Of a stretch of DNA of 56,884 nucleotides, positions 35,145 to 43,924 are shown in pieces (within the stretch, counting starts at the first letter, position 1; the number at the start of each line of letters is the position of its first letter). A program made the position numbers and the translations under genes. The notes under the pieces are model-generated. The model was not told where the DNA came from and did not search any database. It worked only from the letters and a program-made list of their open reading frames with translations. The DNA lies in NCBI GenBank assembly GCA_964419335.1, contig CAYQOX010000007.1:65189-122072 (forward strand). Reading direction: 5' to 3'. Origin of the DNA: an uncultured bacterium. Lineage in GTDB: Bacteria; Hinthialibacterota; Hinthialibacteria; Hinthialibacterales; Hinthialibacteraceae.

Positions 35145-36728
35145 ATGAAAAAACTTTGTAGGTATGTACTGTGGGGTTCTGTTTTTTTTGTTTTCACAAC
35201 CGTAATGGGGATTGGTTTTGCTTTTGCTAGTTCAAATGCATTGCCTTACAAACCTTTTCCAGCAAAATGGCAAGCGGAAATGCAGCATATAGTGGATGAA
35301 GGTGAGATACCCGGAGCCGTAATCGTGATTAAATCCCCCGAATGGGGGGTCCGGGTTGGTACTGCCGGCCATGCCAATTTAGCCGAAGAAACTCCCATGT
35401 CACCTGATTTACAGTTCCGGGTTGGAAGTGTTACAAAATCATTTACAGCTTTGACGCTTTTACAGATGGAACAAGAAGGATTGATTCAATTGGACGATAC
35501 GGTTGATATGTATTTGACCGGGGATAAATCGTTACAAGAAAATGCTCATATTATCACCATTAAAGATTTACTGCAGATGGAATCAGGACTCGAGGATTAT
35601 GTCGCCCATCCCGAAATCCAATCGATGATGAACGCGAATCCAATGACGGTCTTCTCACCCGTAGATCTTCTAAACTACGCTAATTCAATGCCTACCTTAT
35701 TTGCACCGGGTGATACCTATCCGAATCCCTACCAGGTCATGTTATGGGGTGTTGATGAAAGTGCAGCCGAGCCGCTCCCTTATTGGTACTATACCAATAC
35801 CAACTATCTTTTGCTTGGACTGATCATCGAAGAACTATCGGGGCAATCGCTGGCCGAAGAAATGAATCAGCGAATTATGGAACCCTTGGGACTAGAGGAT
35901 ACTTACTTGGCTGAAGAAGGCAATGTCCCCGATGATTTTATGCGTGGTTATGTTAAAACCGATAAGTTATATAATCCCACCCAGCAATTAGAAGAATGGC
36001 GAGACGTGACTGAAACCCATCCTTCTTATGCCTGGTCTGCGGGAGCCGTTATCTCGACTCCCTGGGATCTTTTGCGCTATCTCGAATCCCAGTTTGAAGA
36101 AGAAATATTGATTAACAAAGGAACGAAAAAGAAATGGCTGAATTTTGTCTCAGCCGATATTAAATGGAGTAATGTGGAGTATGGGGTCGGCGGTTTGATG
36201 CAAAGTCAGCGAACGTATGGTGATTGCCGCGGTCATGGAGGCGCTATCCCCGGATATAAAACCTTATTATATTATTTCCATGATGATGAAACCTCGTTTG
36301 TCCTTAGCGCCAATACTTGGGATGGTCATGCAGAGATCGATTTGCTGGATGCGATTATGCCGATGGTGTTGGATCAACACGCAACCTATCCTCTGCCAGA
36401 AGACCAATCTGCAGATGTCGGTTTTAGCGAGAATGGTGGTGTTGCTCTTTCTTGGCAGCCGGGTACGATCTACGGCGATCAATATCGTGTTTACATCGGC
36501 CTGAATGAAGCGGATGTAGAAGCGGCTGATGAATCCTCTTCCGAAGTAGAACAACTTTTAATTCAAGATGAAACGGAAACCGTCGTTATGGAATTAGAAG
36601 ACAATACGACATACTACTGGCGTGTAGATACCATTTCAAATAATCAGGGTACCTTTCCCGGACCGGTATGGTCTTTCACTACGGGAGAAAAGGAAGGTTC
36701 ACCTGTCGCCCAGTGGAAAGATATGTAA
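35145..36728 (+). CDS. Beta-lactamase/PBP-fold serine hydrolase (PF00144-like) with C-terminal beta-sandwich extension; candidate trans-acting release/cyclase enzyme or esterase
   Basis: ATG at 35145 with AAGGGAAAAAG upstream. The N-terminal hydrophobic segment MKKLCRYVLWGSVFFVFTTVMGIGFAFASS looks like a signal peptide or anchor. SxxK motif in FRVGSVTKSF, YxN in YYTNTNYLL, and a KTG-like GYKT further on. About 150 aa C-terminal extra domain. Only 75 nt downstream of the last NRPS gene, on the same strand. Confidence 0.8.
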   Translation: MKKLCRYVLWGSVFFVFTTVMGIGFAFASSNALPYKPFPAKWQAEMQHIVDEGEIPGAVIVIKSPEWGVRVGTAGHANLAEETPMSPDLQFRVGSVTKSFTALTLLQMEQEGLIQLDDTVDMYLTGDKSLQENAHIITIKDLLQMESGLEDYVAHPEIQSMMNANPMTVFSPVDLLNYANSMPTLFAPGDTYPNPYQVMLWGVDESAAEPLPYWYYTNTNYLLLGLIIEELSGQSLAEEMNQRIMEPLGLEDTYLAEEGNVPDDFMRGYVKTDKLYNPTQQLEEWRDVTETHPSYAWSAGAVISTPWDLLRYLESQFEEEILINKGTKKKWLNFVSADIKWSNVEYGVGGLMQSQRTYGDCRGHGGAIPGYKTLLYYFHDDETSFVLSANTWDGHAEIDLLDAIMPMVLDQHATYPLPEDQSADVGFSENGGVALSWQPGTIYGDQYRVYIGLNEADVEAADESSSEVEQLLIQDETETVVMELEDNTTYYWRVDTISNNQGTFPGPVWSFTTGEKEGSPVAQWKDM

Positions 36729-36750
36729 GATATGGTACGTTCGCTGGTTG

Positions 36751-36785
36751 TTCAGCCCATCGAGAGAGACTCCCGGTGGGCTGAA
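36751..36785. terminator. Hairpin between convergent genes (possible bidirectional terminator)
   Basis: TTCAGCCCA (36751..36759) pairs with TGGGCTGAA (36777..36785), giving a 9-bp stem and a 17-nt loop. It lies exactly between the bla-fold stop (36728) and the asnB stop (36786). No clear U-tract. Confidence 0.3.
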
Positions 36786-38654
36786 TTATGTTAAATCGGG
36801 GATGCTAAATGTCTCGATGAATATTTGAAAGGTAAGGATGATCATTAAAAAATCCAGCTCGAAGGTTGTATTGATGGAAGCACTCTTTTGAGAGTACATG
36901 GTTTTTAGACGTTCGACCGTCTCGGGATGAAAGTATCCTTGCCGCTGGATACGTTCATAAGACAATAAGTCTTGGATCCATTCGATATTTTTCTGTAAAA
37001 GATAAGGACTACCAGGAGCGACGAAGCCGAACTTTTCTCGGCTCATGATGGCCGCGGGAAGGTAACGTTTCGCAACCTGACGCAAAAGATATTTCTCTTG
37101 GGATTGGTGCACCATAAGGTCAGGGGGAATCGATGCCGTATAATCGATGAGGGTGGGATCAAGAAAAGGATAGCGTGCTTCTACAGAATTCGCATAAGCG
37201 ACCCGATCCCCATGATCGGCAACCAAATGATCGGCTAATCGCACTTTAAAATCAACATAGGAACGTTTATGGATAGGATGACGGTTTCGGATTTTCTTAT
37301 GATCTATCAGGGGATGTTGGGTGGAATCAAATTCATCCATGCTTTCGGCTAATTGAGAAGAATACAACGCTGACTTATTTTCACGGAAAGCATAATAATC
37401 ACGTTCATAAAAGAAATTCTCATCACCCCACAGGGTCTCCCGCACTTCGTTTTCCAACATGGCTTCAGCATCGAAAGGATCGATTTCTCTCTCTCGATTT
37501 TGATCCAAACGATACCCAACATACCCTCCGAAGAGCTCATCCGCACCCTCGCCGGTAAGGATTACTTTCAAACCGGTGTTTTTTACCAGTTCCGAAAGGG
37601 CTAAAGAACAAGTGTCATAGGATTCTTTCAGGGGACATTCCGTATAATAAATGACGTCGCGCAATCGCTTAATCATTTCCTCATGATCAAACAAGGTCTC
37701 GTGATGGATCGAACCGACTTGTTCAGCCATAATCTTTTGATAAGGACGTTCGCTGATGTCAGATTGCGGGAACGTAATGGAAAAGGAATGACGCCCTTCA
37801 TTGGGGGAGAGAGAATGAATTTTGGAGGCGATTAAACTTGAATCCATCCCCCCGCTTAAGTAGAAACCTACGGGGACATCCGCTTGTAAACGATGTTGAA
37901 CCGCCTGAGTTATCTTTTCATCCAGATGGTTCACATAGTGCTTTTCTGATTGTGTATCGGGGATCTGAGATAATTCAGGATATTCAATATCCCAATATTC
38001 ACACACTTGCACTTGCCCCTGTTTCATAAGCAAGTAATGCCCTGGCTTGAGTGAGGATACATCACGAAACATGGTAGTAGGACTGACTAATCCGGGAAAA
38101 GTAATGATTTGATCCAGGCCGGTAAGATTAACCCGGCGGCTGACATCAGGATGTACGAGTAGACTCTTTATCTCAGATGCGAAAAGCAGATGATTTTTGG
38201 ATTGTGCATAGAATAGAGGAGCAATCCCTACGTGATCGCGCGCGAGAAGGAGGATTTTGCTTTTTTGATCGTACAGGGCCAATGCAAATTGACCATTTAA
38301 CCGATGGAGGAAATCTGTTCCATACGCTTCATACAAATGAACCAAGACTTCTACATCACATTGTGTACGAAAGCGATGGCCTTTGTTTTCTAGCTCGTTG
38401 CGCAAGCTACGGAAATTATAGATCTCACCATTGCATACCGAGAAAATAGAATGGTCTTCGTTGAAATGAGGTTGATTACCACCCGCCAGATCAATGATTG
38501 CCAAGCGGCTAAAGCCAAAACTTACACCGGGGACCCTATGAAAACCTAAATCATCCGGACCGCGATGAGAGAGGCACTGGGTCATGTTATGGATCAATTC
38601 TGTATCAATAGACTCTCTTTGATGATAATCAACAATGCCTGTTATTCCGCACAT
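36786..38654 (-). CDS. Asparagine synthetase (glutamine-hydrolysing) AsnB-family amidotransferase
   Basis: The ORF track start at 38696 is TTG. The internal ATG at 38652-38654 gives an N-terminus of MCGITGIVDY (Ntn-Cys2 glutaminase). Synthetase domain has SGGMDSS (PP-loop). Convergent with the beta-lactamase-fold gene. Confidence 0.85.
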   Translation of the reverse strand: MCGITGIVDYHQRESIDTELIHNMTQCLSHRGPDDLGFHRVPGVSFGFSRLAIIDLAGGNQPHFNEDHSIFSVCNGEIYNFRSLRNELENKGHRFRTQCDVEVLVHLYEAYGTDFLHRLNGQFALALYDQKSKILLLARDHVGIAPLFYAQSKNHLLFASEIKSLLVHPDVSRRVNLTGLDQIITFPGLVSPTTMFRDVSSLKPGHYLLMKQGQVQVCEYWDIEYPELSQIPDTQSEKHYVNHLDEKITQAVQHRLQADVPVGFYLSGGMDSSLIASKIHSLSPNEGRHSFSITFPQSDISERPYQKIMAEQVGSIHHETLFDHEEMIKRLRDVIYYTECPLKESYDTCSLALSELVKNTGLKVILTGEGADELFGGYVGYRLDQNREREIDPFDAEAMLENEVRETLWGDENFFYERDYYAFRENKSALYSSQLAESMDEFDSTQHPLIDHKKIRNRHPIHKRSYVDFKVRLADHLVADHGDRVAYANSVEARYPFLDPTLIDYTASIPPDLMVHQSQEKYLLRQVAKRYLPAAIMSREKFGFVAPGSPYLLQKNIEWIQDLLSYERIQRQGYFHPETVERLKTMYSQKSASINTTFELDFLMIILTFQIFIETFSIPDLT

Positions 38655-38699
38655 AGGTGTGAATCCTTGTGTTTTTTTCTTGGTGATAGAATCCAATAA

Positions 38700-40151
38700 T
38701 TATTGGTTGGCTTCTTCTTGTGATTCGAGATAAAGTTTCAGGACCTCGACCATAATTTGATTTTTGGTGAGTCCTGAATCAATCGATTCGAGCGTTAGTT
38801 GATAATTAAGAGCCTTGGGTAAATACACAGTGACTGGAATGAGATCATTAAGCGATGGGGTAGATCTTCTTTCTTGAGCTAATCTTTTTCCCCGCAGGTA
38901 GCGTTGTTGAACGACATCTTCTTTTTGCGATTGAATTCCATTTCTTTCGAAATCTATACGATCCATCCTTGGAGCATCCGTGGCGATATCGGCTCGTTTT
39001 TTTTGGCTTATGGCAAAGGACCATAATGCCCGGTAATTTCGCATGGTTTGAGGGGTAACAATACCCCAGAAGGAAACTTCTTCCCAATATTCTTGGTCAC
39101 CAATGTTGTAATTATCGATATCTTTTTGATCGAATAAATTGCTATCTGTTTTTAATATGGGAGTTACTCCCCATAATTCAACGGCCGTCTTTTGTACGTC
39201 GGGAGAAATGCAATAATCTATCCAGTCCATACAAATTTTATATTTTAGAGATTCCTTAGGAACGTTTGAGCAGATTGACCAATGATCAAGCCACGCGGTC
39301 GTCCCTTCTACGGGATCGGAAAATTTCCAATTCATTCCTCTCGCATTGGCGACCTGAACCGCATATCCCCAGGTCGTCGTAAAGGCTAAATCATCCATTT
39401 CATTAATATTTGGAACACTTTGCCAGAATGAATAAGCATTTTTGGCAAGATCATTGAGTTTTGTACGTACTTGATTAATTGACACTTGCTTGAAAAGCTC
39501 ATTCGTCTTGTAAAGCACATCATAATCTGCGCCTAAAGCCAGGGCGGTGATATAAATATTACATTCAGCATAATCAGAACAAATAGAATACATATTCTGA
39601 TATTTCTCTTCCCAAAGCACCTTCCAGGTTTTTGGGTCTTCTTCAACAATGTCCGCGTTATAGGCGAGAGCGTAATTCCCTGTTGCGACGGGGATTCCAT
39701 AAACAAGTTTTTCCTTTTCATTGTTTTTACCTTGTTCGATCTCTTGGACAACAAAATGAGTTTCCTTAAAAGCGGGGAGGATTTGATCATAATTAGATAA
39801 TTGGTGAACTTCCAAGGGGTGGAGATACTGTTCCTCGATTAAAGGCCATAAACCGCTTTTGTACATGTCATGAGAAGGAGTGACAAGATCCGCTTCTTTT
39901 CTTGTGACCTTATCAAAAAGTTCATCCGGGTTGGCGACGATTTCAATTTTGAACGATAGATTCACATTCTCATATTTGTTTTCAATGAGAGTTTTGAAAT
40001 CTTCCATCAAGGGTTCTGCATATCCTTCGTAACATGAAATCCGTAAGGTGATTTGTTGAGGTTCCTGGGCAAAAGAGATAGAGGTTAGTAAAAAAAATAA
40101 GAACCCGAAAAGAAGCCCAGTGAAAGATTGATTTTTATTTTGAAAACTCAT
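38700..40151 (-). CDS. Secreted periplasmic-binding-protein-like protein with C-terminal ribbon-helix-helix-like tail
   Basis: ORF 38700..40331 trimmed to the ATG at 40149-40151, preceded by AGGAG at 8 nt. N-terminal signal peptide MSFQNKNQSFTGLLFGFLFFLLTSISFAQEP. The body is weakly PotD/extracellular solute-binding-like. The last about 50 aa (IPVTVYLPKALNYQLTLESIDSGLTKNQIMVEVLKLYLE) follow a beta-strand then two-helix RHH pattern. Last gene of the ABC2-SPFH2 operon. Confidence 0.5.
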   Translation of the reverse strand: MSFQNKNQSFTGLLFGFLFFLLTSISFAQEPQQITLRISCYEGYAEPLMEDFKTLIENKYENVNLSFKIEIVANPDELFDKVTRKEADLVTPSHDMYKSGLWPLIEEQYLHPLEVHQLSNYDQILPAFKETHFVVQEIEQGKNNEKEKLVYGIPVATGNYALAYNADIVEEDPKTWKVLWEEKYQNMYSICSDYAECNIYITALALGADYDVLYKTNELFKQVSINQVRTKLNDLAKNAYSFWQSVPNINEMDDLAFTTTWGYAVQVANARGMNWKFSDPVEGTTAWLDHWSICSNVPKESLKYKICMDWIDYCISPDVQKTAVELWGVTPILKTDSNLFDQKDIDNYNIGDQEYWEEVSFWGIVTPQTMRNYRALWSFAISQKKRADIATDAPRMDRIDFERNGIQSQKEDVVQQRYLRGKRLAQERRSTPSLNDLIPVTVYLPKALNYQLTLESIDSGLTKNQIMVEVLKLYLESQEEANQ

Positions 40152-40194
40152 AATGGGTTGCTCCTGTCTGTAGTCAAGGATCATTTGAATGCGA

Positions 40195-41277
40195 TTATTG
40201 TTGCATTGTAGGTAAGGTAGAGCGCGTTTGGTCCATGACGTTATTGTTGATCTGATCGAAGAGTCCCGTACTCTGGCTTTCCGAAGTTTGAAAGATCGTG
40301 CTGGGAGAAACCATGGTCTTGCTTGCATCATTGACTTGAACGGGAGAAGAGGCTTTTGATATGTCCGAGGTATTTCCTGTATTCAAAATGAGAGGCAGAC
40401 CTTCTTCAGGACTTCCAATCACCACAACTTTTGGATTCGTTGATCTCGCGAGTACATGAGTGGCTTCGATGCCTCTCCATTTCAAGAGTTCATCGGATAT
40501 CCCTTCTGAGACAATGTCTTGAAAATCGCGGATACCGGTGGCGATAATAACTTTACGTTTTGCTTCTTCTTCTGCCTGCATAAGCAAATACTGATATTTC
40601 TCCGCGTTATGAAATTCCATCAGTTTGTTTTCAATCGATTCCTTAACCAAAGGTGGAAGTTCGATATTGGTTATCAACAAATCATCCAGTTCGACGTAAT
40701 AATCTTCCAATTGGTGTAAGGCTTCTTCTAAAGCCGCATCTAAGAAGCCATACTCGAGTTGATATAATTCTTCAGGTTCATATTTTCCTACAATAAAGCG
40801 TAAGGCCGCCTCTATTTCAGGAACAATGACATTTTGCAAATAATTTGGGCCTAAGTATTCGTGAAGATAATTAAGATCAGTTCCATCCCGGCGCGGGTGA
40901 TGACGGATGGAGATCGTTATATCCACCCGTAAACCATCGCGAGAGAGAACATGGAATGTATGGCGCGTGTGTTGCTGACGAACGTTATAAATATAAATAA
41001 TATCCCATGGAGGAATGATGTGTAATCCTTCATGAAGCGGGGTGGCTTCCAGCACTGTTCCAGTAAAGCGGCGGTACAATACTCCTCGCTCTCCCGATTG
41101 AATGGTAATAAAAATTTTAGGCCAAAGATAGATGGTTAACGCGAGCAGGATTAGTAATAGGATTTCAATCATGAAACGTCTTTTCACAATCCAGCTTCGA
41201 ATCTTCTCTTTCAGAGTTTTTTTGGCCGCCTCTGGACTATGGGGATTTGTCGTCATGTTTGTGGTTGAGTCATTCAT
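40195..41277 (-). CDS. SPFH/band-7 (prohibitin/HflC-like) membrane protein, paralog 2
   Basis: ATG at 41275-41277 overlapping the ABC2 stop by 4 nt. Same core as paralog 1 (ITIQSGERGVLYRRFTG, AEKYQYLLMQAEEEAKRKVIIATGIRDFQDIV). Confidence 0.8.
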   Translation of the reverse strand: MNDSTTNMTTNPHSPEAAKKTLKEKIRSWIVKRRFMIEILLLILLALTIYLWPKIFITIQSGERGVLYRRFTGTVLEATPLHEGLHIIPPWDIIYIYNVRQQHTRHTFHVLSRDGLRVDITISIRHHPRRDGTDLNYLHEYLGPNYLQNVIVPEIEAALRFIVGKYEPEELYQLEYGFLDAALEEALHQLEDYYVELDDLLITNIELPPLVKESIENKLMEFHNAEKYQYLLMQAEEEAKRKVIIATGIRDFQDIVSEGISDELLKWRGIEATHVLARSTNPKVVVIGSPEEGLPLILNTGNTSDISKASSPVQVNDASKTMVSPSTIFQTSESQSTGLFDQINNNVMDQTRSTLPTMQQ

Positions 41278-42902
41278 TTTATTTGAAACAATTTTCCGTA
41301 ATCCATTTTATAGATTCGATCTGCAATGTGATAGTAGGCATCATCGTGAGTGATGGCAATAACCGTTTTTCCTCGTTGTATTAATTCTCGCAAGTAGACT
41401 TCATAAAAATATCTTCGAAAGAGAGGATCTTGATCTGCGGCCCATTCATCATAGACATGAATATCTCTGTTTTCTAAGTCTGAGATCAATAAAGCAAGGC
41501 GTTTTTTTTGCCCCATTGACAACTTCAGAGATGTGATGCTCTTATCTTCGCGAATATCGGTCTTTTCAGCAATTTTCAACCGTTCTAACATCGTATCACA
41601 CCATTCACGGTTAAAGGATTGGATGCCGAGTAAATAATTGAATAAATGCACGTTTTGAAAAATTACCGAAAAGTAGGAACGATATCGTGAAATGTTCTGT
41701 CGGGTGACAAATCGCCCGTTCAATTTCATTTTCCCGGTATCAGGAAAATATAAACCAATGAGCACTTTTAGCAGCGTGGTTTTTCCCGAACCGTTCCCTC
41801 CCATAAAAAAAACAATCTCACCTCGCTGAATTTTTAGATCGATGGGGCCAATTTGAAAAGGTTGACCTTTTTTCGTATGGTTATAGGTAAACACAACTTC
41901 TTTGAGTTCCAAAGTAGAAAAGGGGGTTGTTTTTCTCGTTTCTTCTAGCGTAGGGAGCGAATGATAATCTAATTGATCTAATTTATTTTCCATTTCCCGA
42001 ATGTTAGAAATGGCTGAATTGGCTCGCTCAATAAGTGGCAACGAACCAACAATTTCACGCACGGGTCCAGTGGTTACAAACAAAATAAGCCCTACCACTT
42101 GAATTAACGTGAATTGATCAATGCTTGTAATTTTTGGATAAATAAAAATGAGAATCCCCAACAACAAATAACTAAACACTTGAGCAAGAATTACAGAGTT
42201 ATTGAGTTGATTGGTAGCCGAAATGTTATGATCCTTGGCTTCTCCTGAGAGAGGAATCATGGTGTTATGGTAAAGATCATTATTCTTATGATCATTAAGT
42301 TTTAATTCTTTAAATCCCAAAAGGAGATGTTTCATTGATTCAAAAAATCGATTTTCTTTTTGGCTGGCTTGTGAATATTCTTTTTCGTATTCAGAGATTT
42401 GCTTTTGGTAAAGACGAACTCCATAAAATATGACCAACCCGGTTAGGATTAGCGCCAGGGGAGAGATTAACGTAATATAGAAGCAGGCTACGATCGTCAG
42501 CGCTAAAGAAGAAATAATTCGCGAGATATTCTTCGCGGCTCCGGAAATATCAGTCGTATCTCGGTTAAGAAGCATGAAGAAATCTTCTTGGCGCATAGAT
42601 TCAAAAGAGAGAAGGTCGATTCGTCGAATACGATCGGTTAACCGGATTCGGATTTTAGTAACTATTTTTTCTACGATGCGGCAAGTTTGATCGAGAGAAT
42701 ATTTTTGAATAAAAATAAAACCGAGAATACTAATACATAAAAGGAAAATGGTAAGGTAAGAGGTGTGGGTTTCGATCGTTCCTAGAGAATAGATAATGAT
42801 CGCGATAATTAAAAAATTGAGTAGTCCCGCTAGAGAATAGTACAGTAGCAGAGATGTATCCAATGCCTCCGATTCTTGCTTAATAAAATGGAAGAAGTTC
42901 AT
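41274..42902 (-). CDS. Cyclic-peptide ABC exporter, SyrD/YojI family, paralog 2
   Basis: ATG at 42900-42902. Walker A GGNGSGKTT, LSMGQKKRLA, HVYDEWAADQD, AITHDD. N-terminal six-TM permease. Paralogous to 3244..4890. Confidence 0.85.
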   Translation of the reverse strand: MNFFHFIKQESEALDTSLLLYYSLAGLLNFLIIAIIIYSLGTIETHTSYLTIFLLCISILGFIFIQKYSLDQTCRIVEKIVTKIRIRLTDRIRRIDLLSFESMRQEDFFMLLNRDTTDISGAAKNISRIISSLALTIVACFYITLISPLALILTGLVIFYGVRLYQKQISEYEKEYSQASQKENRFFESMKHLLLGFKELKLNDHKNNDLYHNTMIPLSGEAKDHNISATNQLNNSVILAQVFSYLLLGILIFIYPKITSIDQFTLIQVVGLILFVTTGPVREIVGSLPLIERANSAISNIREMENKLDQLDYHSLPTLEETRKTTPFSTLELKEVVFTYNHTKKGQPFQIGPIDLKIQRGEIVFFMGGNGSGKTTLLKVLIGLYFPDTGKMKLNGRFVTRQNISRYRSYFSVIFQNVHLFNYLLGIQSFNREWCDTMLERLKIAEKTDIREDKSITSLKLSMGQKKRLALLISDLENRDIHVYDEWAADQDPLFRRYFYEVYLRELIQRGKTVIAITHDDAYYHIADRIYKMDYGKLFQIK

Positions 42903-43205
42903 GATGTTTCATGTTATAAAAAAATGAAAAAGAGCAATTCTTGCATTACAAAATCCAAGAATTGCTCTTAGAAGTCTTTCTTCAAGTTTGTATAGAATTA
43001 TCCATCGCTTTTTCGTGCGGGTTCGGATGGGATTAATAGCAATATACCTCCGATGGGGGTGAAAATTAAAGAAGCGATGAGGTATCCCCAAAAACCGAAT
43101 TTTTTATCTTGGCCAAGAAAGCCAATAATCACACACAGTAGAATATAAAGAACCGTATTTAATAGCAATGATCAATGATCCTTTCAAACCATGTCGTAAA
43201 GGGTA

Positions 43206-43766
43206 TTAGGATTTCGGAGTTGTTTTCTTTGTTGCACTTTCGCTTTCTTTTTTGGTTTCTTCTTCGGCTTGTTTTGCCACTTCTATCCCTTCTTTGATTT
43301 GAGAATTGAAATATTCACGTACGTCTTCGGGATGAAAGTTCAAAAAGGTACCGCCGGCTTCAAAGTGTTGAATAAATACTTTACCCAAGGCGTAAGTGAT
43401 GGCACCGGCCATGATCGGCATAGAAACTACACCCGCGGCGGTTCCAATGCCTGGGATTATTTTCGTGACGCTCCAGAAAAGCCCTCCAGCCAAAACCGGT
43501 GTGCTTAATCCACCAAGAAGAGAAGCGAGAATATTCTTCACCAAATGACGATTGAATCGGATTTCATATAAATCAGAAAGTTCTTTGATCGCTTTCAGCT
43601 GAAACCCGGTTACGCCGATGATGTCCACAATCGGAATTGGAATGACTCCGATTCCCATAGCCCAATACATATTTTTTCTTACGATGCTTTTGGCAGCATC
43701 CAGTTTCCCCGAGGGTTGAATTTGGGGTAGATCCATTGTACTTACAGTGGCTTCGGCAGCGTTCAT
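43206..43766 (-). CDS. DUF697 (YcjF-like) small membrane-associated protein, paralog 2
   Basis: ATG at 43764-43766. NMYWAMGIGVIPIPIVD, ELSDLYEIRFNRH, ITYALGKVFIQHFEAGGTF. Clear paralog of 910..1476. First gene upstream of ABC2 on the same strand. Confidence 0.65.
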   Translation of the reverse strand: MNAAEATVSTMDLPQIQPSGKLDAAKSIVRKNMYWAMGIGVIPIPIVDIIGVTGFQLKAIKELSDLYEIRFNRHLVKNILASLLGGLSTPVLAGGLFWSVTKIIPGIGTAAGVVSMPIMAGAITYALGKVFIQHFEAGGTFLNFHPEDVREYFNSQIKEGIEVAKQAEEETKKESESATKKTTPKS

Positions 43767-43861
43767 AACTTTCTCCTTCGTTATTTAACAAAAATGTGTT
43801 ATTGGTTCCCTACAACCTGTTATGTTTATTCATGGAAAACAAAAACGAGATTTAGGATATA

Positions 43862-43894
43862 TTAATACTTTTTTATTCAATAAACAAGTATTAA
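43862..43894. promoter_or_regulatory. Perfect 9-bp inverted repeat TTAATACTT-N15-AAGTATTAA in divergent intergenic region
   Basis: Read directly: 43862..43870 and 43886..43894 are exact reverse complements. Sits between the divergent DUF697-2/ABC2 operon and the lipoprotein gene. Confidence 0.4.
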
Positions 43895-43924
43895 TTTAAA
43901 TATTTTTTGTTAGGTTTCCAATAT

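Noticed and set aside
42909-43091. 60-aa minus-strand ORF in the ABC2/DUF697-2 gap
   Set aside because: Basic, low-complexity translation with no start context. An alternative small hydrophobic ORF in another frame is reported separately at low confidence.
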